The translations under genes and the position numbers were made by a program. A stretch of DNA of 64,000 nucleotides from positions 70,609 to 134,608 of the forward strand of contig JAPOUT010000109.1 of NCBI GenBank assembly GCA_026708545.1. Direction: 5' to 3'. The notes beneath the pieces were generated by a model. The model saw only the letters and a list, made by a program, of their open reading frames with translations, did no database searches and was not told the origin of the DNA. Positions 11,095-22,009 of the stretch are shown in pieces. Source of the stretch: Hyphomicrobiales bacterium (GTDB taxonomy: Bacteria; Pseudomonadota; Alphaproteobacteria; JAPOUT01). Every line of letters begins with the position of its first letter. The stretch's first letter is position 1.

Positions 11095-12060
11095 CTAAAG
11101 TGCAAGAAAACCGAGCATTCCTCCGGCTAAAATCCAAGCACGAAGGTAAAGTCGAAGAGAAATTCGAATATCTGCGGTGGTGAGGTTTGTACGCCCCTTC
11201 CCCATCCAAGCGGCATGGTGTTCTCCGCCGGTAGAGCGTCTCGGCCCGGCAATGGCAATATGCATAGCTCCAGCGAAGGCGGCTTCGGGGTAACCGGCAT
11301 TCCAAGAGGTATGACGATGAGCATCCCGAACAACCGCGCTGAGGGCGCCTCGCCAAGAGGTCTTCGTCATTGTCATGGCCGCAAGGCAAACGAGCAATGC
11401 GCTCAATCGAGCGGGTATAAAGTTGGCCACATCATCCAACCGTGCAGCGAATTTGCCAAACCAAAAATATCGAGAACTCACATAACCGAGCATGCTATCA
11501 AGGGTATTGATGGCCTTGTATGCCAATAATCCGGGAATCCCGAGCAATATTCCCCAAAATAGAGGTGCAACAACCGCATCGGAAAAATTTTCTCCCAACG
11601 ACTCAATCGCGGCTTTGGCAATGCCAGACTCATCGAGAAACCGTGGGTCGCGCCCGACTAAAGATACAAGTGCTTCGCGTCCCGCCGCCGAGCCCGTTTT
11701 GAGGGCATCGGCGCAGGCAGCAACTTGGTCATAAAGCCCCCTCCCCGCCAACAACGTGCTTACCATCAGTGCTTCCACTATCCAACCTCCTGGAAAATCC
11801 AGTAAGTCCATCAGCAGCCATCCGAACAGGAAGACAAGAACAATGAGCGCGAGGCTTGCCCCCATACCAAGCAAAAATTTCACACTCGAAGTGTGTGAAT
11901 CCCGGTTTAATTGCCCTTCGAACCATCCGATACCCCTGCCAAGCAAGGCTATCGGATGAGGAATAATCCGATACAAGCACGGCGGATCGGCAAAAATTCC
12001 ATCCAGCAACACCGCCAGTAGCAGCACAAACGCAAGAGTTTCCGTATTTTCAAAAATCAT
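11095..12060 (-). CDS. cobD: Adenosylcobinamide-phosphate synthase CbiB/CobD
   Basis: HP, LVGRD, ESLGENFSDAVVAPLFW, YKAINTLDSM, ARLDD..NFIPARL and NAGYPEA. Confidence 0.95.
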   Translation of the reverse strand: MIFENTETLAFVLLLAVLLDGIFADPPCLYRIIPHPIALLGRGIGWFEGQLNRDSHTSSVKFLLGMGASLALIVLVFLFGWLLMDLLDFPGGWIVEALMVSTLLAGRGLYDQVAACADALKTGSAAGREALVSLVGRDPRFLDESGIAKAAIESLGENFSDAVVAPLFWGILLGIPGLLAYKAINTLDSMLGYVSSRYFWFGKFAARLDDVANFIPARLSALLVCLAAMTMTKTSWRGALSAVVRDAHRHTSWNAGYPEAAFAGAMHIAIAGPRRSTGGEHHAAWMGKGRTNLTTADIRISLRLYLRAWILAGGMLGFLAL

Positions 12061-12101
12061 TTTATTATCTCTTTCATGCTAGATAATAGAGTGTATCAAC
12101 G

Positions 12102-13121
12102 ATGAATAAAGATTTTTTTACACGTTCCTATCCCGCAACGCGAATGCGACGGTTGCGTTCGAAATCTTCATTACGCAGGTTGGTTGCAGAGCATTGCATC
12201 AGGATCGAGGATCTCATTTTGCCAGTATTTCTTTGCGAAGGCACAGGTGTGCGCAATCCCGTCACTTCCATGCCTGGAGTCGAGCGATTCAGCGTTGACA
12301 TCGCCATTGACGCTATACGCGAGGCTGTTGACCTTGGCATTCTCGTCGTCGCGCTCTTCCCACAAGTTGAAACATCTCAACGCGACAACAACGGCTCGCT
12401 TGCAACTGACAGTAACAATCTTGTCTGTCGTGCGCTCCGAGAAATACGCGCAAGCAATATCAACATCTCCGTTATGTGCGATGTTGCCCTTGACCCCTAC
12501 ACGAATCATGGTCACGATGGCATTCTCCGTGACGGACGCATCAGCAACGACGAAACCATTGAAATACTGGTACGCCAGGCCCTTGTCCAAGCCGAGGCCG
12601 GTTGTGACATCATTGCTCCCTCAGATATGATGGACGGACGCATTGGACGCATCCGCAACGCTCTCGAGGAACATGGGTATCACGACGTCTGCATCATGTC
12701 TTATGCAGCGAAATACGCTTCGACACTTTACGCACCCTTCCGCGAGGCTATTGGCTCTGACGCACATCTGCGTGGCGACAAGCGAACCTATCAAATGAAT
12801 CCTGCCAACAGCGATGAAGCGCTCTGGGAGATTGCTCTCGATATTCAAGAAGGCGCCGATATGGTGATGGTCAAGCCGGGCATGTTGTATCTTGATATCG
12901 TGCATCGGGTGCGCGAGCACTTCAACGTGCCAACCTTTGCTTATCAAGTCTCGGGAGAATATGCCATGCTACGCAACGGCATTGATGCTGGTTGTGTTGA
13001 CGAGTCCATCATTGAAGAGAGTTTGCTTGCCTTCAAACGAGCCGGTGCCGATGGCATCTTGACCTACTTTGCCAAAGACATCGCACGAGGATTAAATTCC
13101 ACATCAACAATCAGAGGATAG
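12102..13121 (+). CDS. hemB: Porphobilinogen synthase (Asp-rich, non-Zn type)
   Basis: RMRRLR, DVALDPYTNHGHDG, APSDMMDGRI, MVMVKPG and YQVSGEYAM. Confidence 0.97.
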   Translation: MNKDFFTRSYPATRMRRLRSKSSLRRLVAEHCIRIEDLILPVFLCEGTGVRNPVTSMPGVERFSVDIAIDAIREAVDLGILVVALFPQVETSQRDNNGSLATDSNNLVCRALREIRASNINISVMCDVALDPYTNHGHDGILRDGRISNDETIEILVRQALVQAEAGCDIIAPSDMMDGRIGRIRNALEEHGYHDVCIMSYAAKYASTLYAPFREAIGSDAHLRGDKRTYQMNPANSDEALWEIALDIQEGADMVMVKPGMLYLDIVHRVREHFNVPTFAYQVSGEYAMLRNGIDAGCVDESIIEESLLAFKRAGADGILTYFAKDIARGLNSTSTIRG

Positions 13122-13999
13122 TGATCTGAGCCTATCCCCTCGCCCACCCGAACCGACGCACGTGCATCGCCGAATACAAACACCTGGTCGATGGGCAGAC
13201 CCAGTATCGGCAAAGATGAGTTCCAACTCGAACGCCATCCATAGGAAATCCGTGTGCCTCCACGCTCATGTATCGAACGCAATAATCCGCTCCACGAAAC
13301 CGTGTTGAAATCACCAACCAATATTCCTGCACTGCCGTCCGTGACTGATTCGTTAAGAACATCGACGACACCCAATATAATCTCATTGCGTCGATGGAAG
13401 TTTTGCAAAAGTAGCGGCGTCGGCGTGTGAACACCTGCGATTATAAACGTGCCATTGTTTGTTTCAACCAAAAAACCGCTGTTCCACTTCTCCGTCACAG
13501 AACCAATCTCCTCCATTGGCAAGCGTGAAAACATTACAATATTCGTGCGCGCGCCAGCGAGTTTTCCCAAGATGTTGGGAAAACCATTACTCTCTTGGAA
13601 AATTTCTTCCTTGGAAAGGTGTTCCGGAATCTCACTCGCAATTACCATGTCCGCCCGTTCGTCTCGAGCCAATCTGAACAATCTAGCAAAAGAGTTTTCG
13701 TCGCGGTCGTTACCCATGTTCGCCCAGACGATGCGCAAATCTCTTGAATCTACAAGCGTATCCGCAAAAAAGAACTGCTCGCGCGCGCCTATCAACGCAA
13801 CTACCGCAAATACCGCCAGCAGCAACGGCATCCTCGATTGCCTATGGAAAACTTTTCCCAATCCTGCGAGTAAAAACGAGGCACTCGCGAACTGTGTCAG
13901 CAAACTTGAGAATAATTCAAAGGGCCACCCGAACGCACCCAACATCCCCGCGCTGATGCACGCTATAACAAGCAACGAAATCCAAAAAAAGATCCGCAT
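13064..13999 (-). CDS. Membrane-anchored endonuclease/exonuclease/phosphatase family protein
   Basis: Three N-terminal TM segments, then WAN, SE, H, GDFN, IDQV and GSDHYP motifs. Confidence 0.85.
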   Translation of the reverse strand: MRIFFWISLLVIACISAGMLGAFGWPFELFSSLLTQFASASFLLAGLGKVFHRQSRMPLLLAVFAVVALIGAREQFFFADTLVDSRDLRIVWANMGNDRDENSFARLFRLARDERADMVIASEIPEHLSKEEIFQESNGFPNILGKLAGARTNIVMFSRLPMEEIGSVTEKWNSGFLVETNNGTFIIAGVHTPTPLLLQNFHRRNEIILGVVDVLNESVTDGSAGILVGDFNTVSWSGLLRSIHERGGTRISYGWRSSWNSSLPILGLPIDQVFVFGDARASVRVGEGIGSDHYPLIVDVEFNPRAMSLAK

Positions 14000-14001
14000 A
14001 A

Positions 14002-14077
14002 TGGTGAGCCCGACAGGATTCGAACCTGTGACCTACTGATTAAAAGTCAGTTGCTCTACCAACTGAGCTACGGGCCC
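14002..14077 (-). tRNA. tRNA-Lys(TTT)
   Basis: GGGCCCGTAGCTCAGTTGGTAGAGCAACTGACTTTTAATCAG...GTTCGAATC...CTCACCA; 76-nt cloverleaf with encoded CCA. Confidence 0.97.
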
Positions 14078-14107
14078 TTGTCCTGTTTGACATGAGAAGT
14101 CGCCGTG

Positions 14108-14656
14108 CTATTCCCCCGTATCCGAGGCAACACGAACCCGAAGCATTTTGTCGGGAGCAGCAGGAGGCTCGCCGCGCGTGATTGCATCAACGTAATCCAT
14201 CCCTTCAATCACACGTCCCCAAACCGTATAATTACCATTAAGATGAGGTGCGTCCTCAAACATGATAAAAAACTGGCTGTTTGCACTGTTCGGCGCCGCC
14301 GAACGGGCCATCCCAACCGCTCCTCTTGTGAAAGACGCATCGCTAATTTCCAAGGGAACATCGGGGTAATCCGAACCGCCGAGACCTGTTCCCGTCGGGT
14401 CGCCCGTCTGCGCCATAAAACCATCAATTACACGATGGAAAATTATCCCGTCATAAAATTTTTCACGCGCAAGTTTTTTTATGCGCTCAACGTGCTGCGG
14501 CGCCTTCTCCGGCAATAGTTCCACAACAACGCGTCCATCCTTCAAATCAATATGAAGCAGATTCTCTTTATCCGCCTGCGCATTCACTTGTCCAGCGTTC
14601 ATCATTCCTCCGATGGTAAAAAACAAAGTAACCACAAAAATAAGAAATCGCGGCAT
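14108..14656 (-). CDS. Cyclophilin-type peptidyl-prolyl isomerase with signal peptide
   Basis: FHRVIDGFMAQTGDP, GMAR, SANSQFFI and YTVWG; AGGAG precedes ATG 14656. Confidence 0.94.
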   Translation of the reverse strand: MPRFLIFVVTLFFTIGGMMNAGQVNAQADKENLLHIDLKDGRVVVELLPEKAPQHVERIKKLAREKFYDGIIFHRVIDGFMAQTGDPTGTGLGGSDYPDVPLEISDASFTRGAVGMARSAAPNSANSQFFIMFEDAPHLNGNYTVWGRVIEGMDYVDAITRGEPPAAPDKMLRVRVASDTGE

Positions 14657-14699
14657 GATTCTCTCCTGATGTTGGTTTCGATTGCGACAGCCTAGCATA

Positions 14700-15215
14700 T
14701 CATTTGGAATAGGTCGACACATTCGAGCGCATCCTGGCCATACGCTCTTGAACGGCGGGCGAGACGAACGCGCCTACATCCCTTCCCATTGCGTGAATCT
14801 GCCGAACCAGGCTCGACGACAGGAACGCCGTCTCTCCAGATGCCGGCAGGAAAATGGTTTCAACGCCCCGTAACATCCGGTTCATTACCGCCATGCGGGA
14901 CTCATAGGCATATTCATCGCCACCACGAAGACCTCGCAGAATCGCGTCTGCGCCAATCTCGGCAACAAACTCCACCAACAAACCATCGAAGGAAGCGGCC
15001 TCAATGGCGGTTCCGGTCTCGCCGCTGAGGCGTTGGGCCTCCGCGCGAACCATCTCAAGGCGTTCCTTTTGGGAAAACAGCGCGCCTTTTTCCTCACTCG
15101 ACGCCACCGCTACAACCAATCGGTCCGCTAACGAACAAGCGCGCCGCAAAATATCCACATGTCCGTTCGTGATAGGGTCGAAAGTGCCCGGATAAAGCAA
15201 CGTAGCTATTTTCAT
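14700..15215 (-). CDS. coaD: Phosphopantetheine adenylyltransferase
   Basis: YPGTFDPITNGH, RGLR and SSSLVR; follows gyrA. Confidence 0.96.
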   Translation of the reverse strand: MKIATLLYPGTFDPITNGHVDILRRACSLADRLVVAVASSEEKGALFSQKERLEMVRAEAQRLSGETGTAIEAASFDGLLVEFVAEIGADAILRGLRGGDEYAYESRMAVMNRMLRGVETIFLPASGETAFLSSSLVRQIHAMGRDVGAFVSPAVQERMARMRSNVSTYSK

Positions 15216-17941
15216 GCGGCGGATTCGGGCATATCCATATCCAACATATCTGCTTCTTCATCGTTCCCGTTGTCATCAAGGCGCGCGACCGAGACGACCT
15301 GCTCCCCCTTATTCAGCCGAAACAGCGTGACTCCCTTCGTATTGCGTCCAGCGATGCGCACATCCTTAATGCCACAGCGAATAAGCTGGCCGCCGTTGCT
15401 AATAAGCATAATTTGGTCATCCTCGACAATCGGGAAAGAGGAAATCATTTCATCGTTGCGTTTGGTAAGTTCCATGGAAATAATTCCCTTACCGCCTCGA
15501 TTTTTGGTGAGATAACTAATGGAAGAAGTGCGCTTACCAAAACCGTTCGCACTCGCCGTCAAAATGAACTGCTCCAACGCCTCGAGTTCTTCGAAACGTT
15601 TCTTGGAAAGCTTTTTAACCTTACCCTCATTCTCGGATTCGCCTTTGCCTCTGCCTTTTCCGGCTTGGCGAAGATAGGCATCCCGTTCTTCGGGAGTCGC
15701 ATCAATGTGCTTGAGGATGGACATGGAAATGACCTTGTCGTCTTTACCAAGTCGAATCCCACGAACCCCCTTTGATGCACGCCCAGCAAAGACCCGGATG
15801 GTGTCAACGGGAAAACGGATACATCGACCTTTCGCGGTGGCGAGCATAACATCCTCGTCCGGCGCACAGGTGGCAACCGCGACGATAGCATCATCCTCGG
15901 GAAGCTTCATTGCAATTTTTCCACCACGATGAACCTGAATAAAATCTTTCAACTTATTACGCCGAACATAGCCAAGACGCGTCGCAAACATTACATCAAC
16001 ATCAATGGCAGATTCGGACTCCGACTCCGGCAACTCCATAATCGAAGTAACACTTTCCTCGGTTTCCAGCGGGAAAATGTTCACCATAGCCTTGCCGCGT
16101 GATTGCGGCGCACCTTGAGGCAATCGCCAAACTTTCATCTTGTAGACAATACCGCGTGATGTAAAAAAGAGCATTGGCGTGTGCGTTGAGGCAGAGTAAA
16201 TGCGGGTGACAAAATCCTCGTCTTTGATATTCATGCCCGAACGCCCTTTACCGCCCCGTCTTTGCGATCGATAGGTCGAGAGAGGCACGCGCTTGATATA
16301 CCCCCGATGCGAAACGGTTACCACCATCTCTTCTTGACGAATTAGATCTTCGTCACTGAACTCGGTCTCAATTTGCATCACTTCGGAGCGTCTCGGCGTG
16401 GCAAATTCCTCGCGCATTCCAGAGAGCTCATCACGCACAATCTTCAACAATTTCTTTGGGTCATCGAGGATGGCAAGATATTGTTTAATTTTCTTGACCA
16501 AATCATTGATTTCTTCAGCAATTTCCTCACGCCCGAGAGCCGTAAGGCGTTGCAACCGCAAGTCCAAAATTGCCCGCGCTTGAATTTCGGAAAGCCGACA
16601 TGTGTTTTTCTTCGATATGGCGTAGTCAGGGTCATCAACAAGCTTAATCAGGTCAACAACTTGCTTGGCTGGCCAGTCACGCTCCATCAGCCTCTCACGC
16701 GCCTCGGTCGGATTTGCCGAGCTGCGTATCATTTTTACAACTTCATCAATATTGGCAACCGTGATTGCCAAACCAACAAGTATATGCGCGCGTTCGCGAG
16801 CACGGCGGAGTTGGTAACGGGTTCGACGCGCAACAACTTCTTTACGGAATTTCAAAAATGCCTCAAGAATCTGCTTGAGATTCATCAACTCCGGACGCCC
16901 CTCGTTCAGCGCCAACATGCTCACGGAAAAACTGTTTTGCAAGGGCGTGTATCGATACAGTTGGTTCAAGACGACATCGGGCTCTGCATCCTTGCGCAAC
17001 TCTATCACCACACGAATACCCTCGCGGTTGGACTCGTCACGCATTCCCGAAATTCCCTGAATGCGTCGCTCTCCCTGCTTGCCGCTTGCCATCGCAGAAA
17101 TCTTCTCAAGCATCTCGGATTTATTAACTTGGTATGGAATCTCGGTGATGAGAAGCGCAGGGTTCTTACCGCGTCCGGTGGCAACCTCAACCTTCCCGCG
17201 CACACGGATAATACCGCTACCGGTCCGATAAGGCGCGCGTCTATCACCCTGGTCGATAATGACCCCGCCAGTGGGAAAATCGGGACCCGGAACCAAACGC
17301 ATCAACTCCTCAAGGGGAGTTTCGGCGTTGTCAAGCAGACATAGGCATGCATCAATAACCTCGCCGAGATTATGCGGCGGAACATTCGTCCTCATTCCGA
17401 CTGCAATCCCGCCGGACCCATTCACCAACAGATTGGGAAATTCTGCCGGCAAAATTGTCGGCTCCTGCTCGGAGTTGTCGTAATTATCTCGGAAGTCGAC
17501 CGTCTCCTTGTCAATATCGGTCAGCAACGCGTGAGCCGGTTGTCCCATCCGAATCTCCGTATACCGCATCGCGGCAGGCGGATCGCCGTCAACAGAACCG
17601 AAATTTCCTTGTCCATCCAGCAACGGTAGCCGCATGGAGAAATCCTGAGCCATCCGCGCGAGGGCATCGTAGATGGCTTGGTCGCCATGCGGATGGTACT
17701 TACCCATGACCTCACCAACAATACGTGCAGATTTGCGATAGGGTTTGTTCCATGCATAACCATTCTCATGCATAGAGAACAAGATGCGCCTGTGAACGGG
17801 CTTGAGTCCATCGCGAACATCCGGTAATGCGCGCGCGACAATCACGCTCATAGCGTAGTCAAGATACGACGAACGCATCTCCTCTTCGATAGCGATAGGA
17901 ACGATCTGTTCGCTGGAAGGTGTCGTGGGCTTGTCGGTCAT
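15212..17941 (-). CDS. gyrA: DNA gyrase subunit A
   Basis: RALPDVRDGLKPVHRR, YHPHGD, AAMRYTE and GyrA-box QRRGGKG. Confidence 0.98.
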   Translation of the reverse strand: MTDKPTTPSSEQIVPIAIEEEMRSSYLDYAMSVIVARALPDVRDGLKPVHRRILFSMHENGYAWNKPYRKSARIVGEVMGKYHPHGDQAIYDALARMAQDFSMRLPLLDGQGNFGSVDGDPPAAMRYTEIRMGQPAHALLTDIDKETVDFRDNYDNSEQEPTILPAEFPNLLVNGSGGIAVGMRTNVPPHNLGEVIDACLCLLDNAETPLEELMRLVPGPDFPTGGVIIDQGDRRAPYRTGSGIIRVRGKVEVATGRGKNPALLITEIPYQVNKSEMLEKISAMASGKQGERRIQGISGMRDESNREGIRVVIELRKDAEPDVVLNQLYRYTPLQNSFSVSMLALNEGRPELMNLKQILEAFLKFRKEVVARRTRYQLRRARERAHILVGLAITVANIDEVVKMIRSSANPTEARERLMERDWPAKQVVDLIKLVDDPDYAISKKNTCRLSEIQARAILDLRLQRLTALGREEIAEEINDLVKKIKQYLAILDDPKKLLKIVRDELSGMREEFATPRRSEVMQIETEFSDEDLIRQEEMVVTVSHRGYIKRVPLSTYRSQRRGGKGRSGMNIKDEDFVTRIYSASTHTPMLFFTSRGIVYKMKVWRLPQGAPQSRGKAMVNIFPLETEESVTSIMELPESESESAIDVDVMFATRLGYVRRNKLKDFIQVHRGGKIAMKLPEDDAIVAVATCAPDEDVMLATAKGRCIRFPVDTIRVFAGRASKGVRGIRLGKDDKVISMSILKHIDATPEERDAYLRQAGKGRGKGESENEGKVKKLSKKRFEELEALEQFILTASANGFGKRTSSISYLTKNRGGKGIISMELTKRNDEMISSFPIVEDDQIMLISNGGQLIRCGIKDVRIAGRNTKGVTLFRLNKGEQVVSVARLDDNGNDEEADMLDMDMPESAA

Positions 17942-17968
17942 GCTCGGAACTTACGGTCGCTACGTTAC

Positions 17969-18448
17969 TTAGAAGGGGATATCATCGTCAAGGTCGCTTT
18001 CTTTAGCCGAACCACCTCCTCCGCCGGCACTTTCGCCACTCGAACTTGAACCCGCCTCGCCACTGCCGCTCCCGTAGTTTTGCTCACCGCCGGAGTCACG
18101 ACGGTCGAGAAGCGTCAAATTGGAGTTGAAACGCTGCAAGACAACCTCGGTGCTGTATCTGTCCTGGCCGGATTGGTCCTGCCACTTTCGCGTTTGCAAT
18201 TGCCCTTCGAGATAAACTTTCGATCCTTTGCGAAGATATTGCTCGGCAACCTTGCACAGTGGCTCGGAAAAGATGACGACGCGATGCCATTCAGTTCGTT
18301 CGCGGCGGTCGCCAGTATTCCGGTCGCGCCATGTTTCAGAGGTAGCGACCCGAAGGTTGCAGACCGGGTTGCCGTCCTGGGTGTGACGGATTTCAGGGTC
18401 GGCGCCTAAATTGCCGATGAGAAGAACCTTATTAATGCTGCCAGCCAT
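17969..18448 (-). CDS. ssb: Single-stranded DNA-binding protein
   Basis: [21 protein letters not shown] and DDDIPF tail. Confidence 0.98.
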   Translation of the reverse strand: MAGSINKVLLIGNLGADPEIRHTQDGNPVCNLRVATSETWRDRNTGDRRERTEWHRVVIFSEPLCKVAEQYLRKGSKVYLEGQLQTRKWQDQSGQDRYSTEVVLQRFNSNLTLLDRRDSGGEQNYGSGSGEAGSSSSGESAGGGGGSAKESDLDDDIPF

Positions 18449-18949
18449 GATACTCCCTCGCGTTGTGTGGTATGAGTTGCAGGTGGCAGTCTACAACAAT
18501 TTGCCAGAAAGTGCCAGAGGAAATTCAAGAGATTTCCAAGCATCGAAATTCGGCTATTTTCTCCCCTTAAGCAGGAATTCGATATGTCTTGAATTTTAGC
18601 CATATTCTCGTCCAGCGCCTCTTAGGTTGGAACACAGCCACGAAATCACAATTCACCAGCACCCCAGATATAAAGGGCTGGCATCCTTATGGAAAGGTTG
18701 CATCTACACCTTTCCATTTCAGCGATTGCCTGTTTTGGGCCGAGGATGCGTAAAAGCGTCCATGAACAACCAACCCTTGGCTCCTCTACCGCAACCGGAC
18801 GCAAAGTTCCATGACGGAGCACAATGTGTCGACTGCCCCGTAGGATATTGCGAGTTCGTCTCAAGCTATTGTGAAGGTCTTCTCGAATCATGCAGGAAGG
18901 GGTATCCTGCGCCGAAACCCATTTCTACGATGCGCCTTGAGCCTATCCT

Positions 18950-21859
18950 ATGCCCAGCAAATCACAGACCAAGGCGATTCGTATTCTCCACGCCAGGGAA
19001 CACAACCTCAAGAATGTCAGTGTTGATATTCCCCGTAATCGTCTGGTGCTAGTGACGGGGATATCGGGTTCGGGGAAATCATCGTTAGCATTTGACACTC
19101 TCTACGCCGAGGGACAGCGCCGGTATGTCGAAAGCCTCTCGGCGTACGCGCGCCAGTTCCTTGAGGTCATGGGCAAACCGGATGTCGAAAGCATCGAAGG
19201 GCTCTCGCCGGCAATATCCATCGAGCAGAAGACCGGTTCCAGAAATCCCCGCTCAACCGTTGGCACCGTCACAGAAATTCACGACTACATGCGACTCTTG
19301 TATGCCCGCATCGGAATCCCCCACTCGCCAGCGACAGGTCTCCCCATCGAAAGCCAAAGCGTAAGTGAAATGGTTGATCGCGTACTTGCGCTACCGAAGG
19401 GATCTCGGTTGTATTTGCTTGCTCCGATTGCACGCGGGCGCAAGGGGGAATACCGTAAGGAATTCACCGATCTGCGCAAGCGGGGATTCCGTCGCGTTCG
19501 CGTGGATGGAACGTTGCATGAATTGGAATCGCCGCCGACGCTGAACAAAAACCTTAAGCATGACATCGAAGTCGTTATCGACCGCTTGGTGCTACAAGAG
19601 GACGTTGCTGAACGTTTGGCGGATTCCCTGGAGACTACCCTGCGCCTTGCTGACGGCATCGCGCTGGTCGAAAGTCTTGATAAAAGCGGATCGAGCATCG
19701 GTGAGAAACTTCTATTTTCATCCCGCTTCGCCTGTCCTGTCTCGGGCTTTACCATTGAGGAAATCGAGCCACGCCTATTTTCTTACAACAGTCCTTTTGG
19801 AGCGTGTCCGTCTTGCAGCGGCCTAGGTGTGATGTACCGTATCGATGCGGATTTGGTCGTTCCTGATGCGAATCTGTCATTGCGTGAAGGTGCCATCGCA
19901 CCGTGGTCACGCTCGTCCTCGCCCTATTACCTGCAAACCCTTGAGGCTCTCGCCCGTTACTACAAAACCTCAATGGATACACCGTGGAAGCGCCTGTCGA
20001 AAAAAATGCGCTCGGTTGTATTGAACGGCAGCGGTAACGATGAAATTGAATTCATTTACAGTGACGGCACGCGCAAACACATAAAGAAAAAAGCTTTCGA
20101 GGGACTTGTGCCGCATCTAGAACGCCGTTATCGCGAAACGGACTCCTCGTGGGCGCGGGAGGATATTGAGCAATATCAGACCACGACAGAATGCTCGGCG
20201 TGCAAGGGCTTTCGCCTCAAACCGGAAGCGCTGGCAGTGAAGGTTGAAGGGTTGCACATCGGAGAGGTTGCGCGTTTTTCCATCCGTGATGCGCGCGAGT
20301 GGTTCGAGGGACTTGATGCACGCCTGCGAGGCAACCGGCGCGAAATAGCTGCGCGTATTCTGAAGGAAATATGCGACCGCCTGCAGTTCCTTGACGATGT
20401 TGGTTTGGAATATCTGAGCCTGTCTCGCTCCTCGGCAACGCTTTCGGGAGGGGAGTCCCAACGCATCCGTCTAGCATCACAGATAGGCTCGGGCCTAACC
20501 GGCGTGCTGTATGTGTTGGACGAGCCTTCTATCGGCCTTCACCAGCGCGACAACGCTCGTTTGCTTCACACACTTCGGCGTCTATGCGCGTTGGACAACA
20601 CCGTGCTTGTCGTTGAGCATGATGAGGAAGCAATCCTCGCCGCGGACCACATCTTGGAGATGGGGCCGGGTGCCGGTATTCACGGAGGCGAAATTGTCGC
20701 GCAGGGAACCCCCAACGCTATCATGAAGAGTCGCAAAAGCCTCACCGGGCAGTATCTCTCCGGACGCAAAAGTATTCCCCTGCCCGCTCAACGCCGCAGA
20801 ATTAACCCCAAACGAGTCCTTCGCGTCACCGGCGCTAGCGGAAACAATTTACAAAATATTGATGTCTCATTGCCTTTGGGGTTATTTACTTGTGTGACGG
20901 GAGTCTCAGGCGGGGGTAAGTCAACGTTGCTGCTCGACACGCTCTATCGCGCAACGGTCCGAAGCCTTCACGGCGCGCGCGAACGTCCTGCACCTTTCAA
21001 AAAGATCGAGGGACTCGATCATATCGACAAAGTCATTGATATAGACCAGTCGCCAATAGGACGAACGCCTCGATCGAATCCGGCAACTTATACCGGTGCG
21101 TTTACGCCGATTCGCGAGTGGTTTGCCGAACTTCCTGAGGCGCGCGCGCGCGGGTACAAACCCGGACGTTTTTCCTTTAACGTGCCGGGCGGACGTTGCG
21201 AGGAGTGCCAGGGCGATGGTCTTATCCGTATCGAGATGCATTTCTTACCGGATATTTATGTAACTTGCGACAGCTGCCGCGGCAAGCGTTACAACCGCGA
21301 AACTTTGGAAATACTGTTTCGGGGCAAGAGCATTGCCGATATCCTCGACATGAGTGTTGAAGAGGCACGTGATTTTTTTAAAGCTGTACCCGCCGTTCGC
21401 GACAAAATGGAGACGTTAGCGCGTGTCGGTTTGGAATACATGCGCCTAGGTCAGCAGGCAACGACGCTGTCGGGCGGTGAAGCACAACGGATTAAATTGG
21501 CCAAGGAGTTATCGCGTCGTGCGACAGGGCGCACGTTGTATATTCTGGACGAACCGACGACAGGACTGCATTTTCACGATGTCGCAAAATTGCTTGAAGT
21601 TCTGCACGCGCTGGTGGAGACCGGAAACAGCGTCGTTGTGATTGAGCATAATCTTGAAGTTATCAAGACAGCAGATTGGATCATCGACTTGGGTCCCGAA
21701 GGCGGCGACGGCGGGGGTCGGATAGTTGCGAACGGCACGCCTGAGGAAGTTGCAAAAGAGAAGGCCAGCCATACGGGTTCTTTTTTACGATCAATGTTAA
21801 AACGTCGCGGAAATGCGAAGCCGAAAGCAAAAACAAAGACGGCTTCCAAGAAATGGTAA
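18950..21859 (+). CDS. uvrA: Excinuclease ABC subunit A
   Basis: HNLKN, two ABC cassettes ([17 protein letters not shown]), zinc fingers and [11 protein letters not shown]. Confidence 0.98.
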   Translation: MPSKSQTKAIRILHAREHNLKNVSVDIPRNRLVLVTGISGSGKSSLAFDTLYAEGQRRYVESLSAYARQFLEVMGKPDVESIEGLSPAISIEQKTGSRNPRSTVGTVTEIHDYMRLLYARIGIPHSPATGLPIESQSVSEMVDRVLALPKGSRLYLLAPIARGRKGEYRKEFTDLRKRGFRRVRVDGTLHELESPPTLNKNLKHDIEVVIDRLVLQEDVAERLADSLETTLRLADGIALVESLDKSGSSIGEKLLFSSRFACPVSGFTIEEIEPRLFSYNSPFGACPSCSGLGVMYRIDADLVVPDANLSLREGAIAPWSRSSSPYYLQTLEALARYYKTSMDTPWKRLSKKMRSVVLNGSGNDEIEFIYSDGTRKHIKKKAFEGLVPHLERRYRETDSSWAREDIEQYQTTTECSACKGFRLKPEALAVKVEGLHIGEVARFSIRDAREWFEGLDARLRGNRREIAARILKEICDRLQFLDDVGLEYLSLSRSSATLSGGESQRIRLASQIGSGLTGVLYVLDEPSIGLHQRDNARLLHTLRRLCALDNTVLVVEHDEEAILAADHILEMGPGAGIHGGEIVAQGTPNAIMKSRKSLTGQYLSGRKSIPLPAQRRRINPKRVLRVTGASGNNLQNIDVSLPLGLFTCVTGVSGGGKSTLLLDTLYRATVRSLHGARERPAPFKKIEGLDHIDKVIDIDQSPIGRTPRSNPATYTGAFTPIREWFAELPEARARGYKPGRFSFNVPGGRCEECQGDGLIRIEMHFLPDIYVTCDSCRGKRYNRETLEILFRGKSIADILDMSVEEARDFFKAVPAVRDKMETLARVGLEYMRLGQQATTLSGGEAQRIKLAKELSRRATGRTLYILDEPTTGLHFHDVAKLLEVLHALVETGNSVVVIEHNLEVIKTADWIIDLGPEGGDGGGRIVANGTPEEVAKEKASHTGSFLRSMLKRRGNAKPKAKTKTASKKW

Positions 21860-21895
21860 AAATCCCATTGAGCATTCCAGCGTTTCGAGTAAGCC

Positions 21896-21917
21896 GGGAG
21901 CGATATCGCCCCCTCCC
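21896..21917 (+). terminator. GC-rich hairpin after uvrA, possible terminator
   Basis: GGGAG-CGATATCG-CCCCCTCCC downstream of the uvrA stop; no U-tract. Confidence 0.3.
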
Positions 21918-21950
21918 CCGTAAATGCAGGAAATGATATTCCGATTTATT

Positions 21951-22007
21951 TTCCGACTCTTTTCGTGCCGTGCTACACTACTCTCCTTTGTAGCAACGGA
22001 GAGTAGT
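21951..22007 (+). promoter_or_regulatory. Putative cob operon promoter plus RBS-sequestering hairpin
   Basis: TTCCGA-N17-TACACT (21951-21979); perfect 10-bp inverted repeat ACTACTCTCC/GGAGAGTAGT (21977-22007) that includes the GGAG RBS. Confidence 0.5.
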
Positions 22008-22009
22008 TG

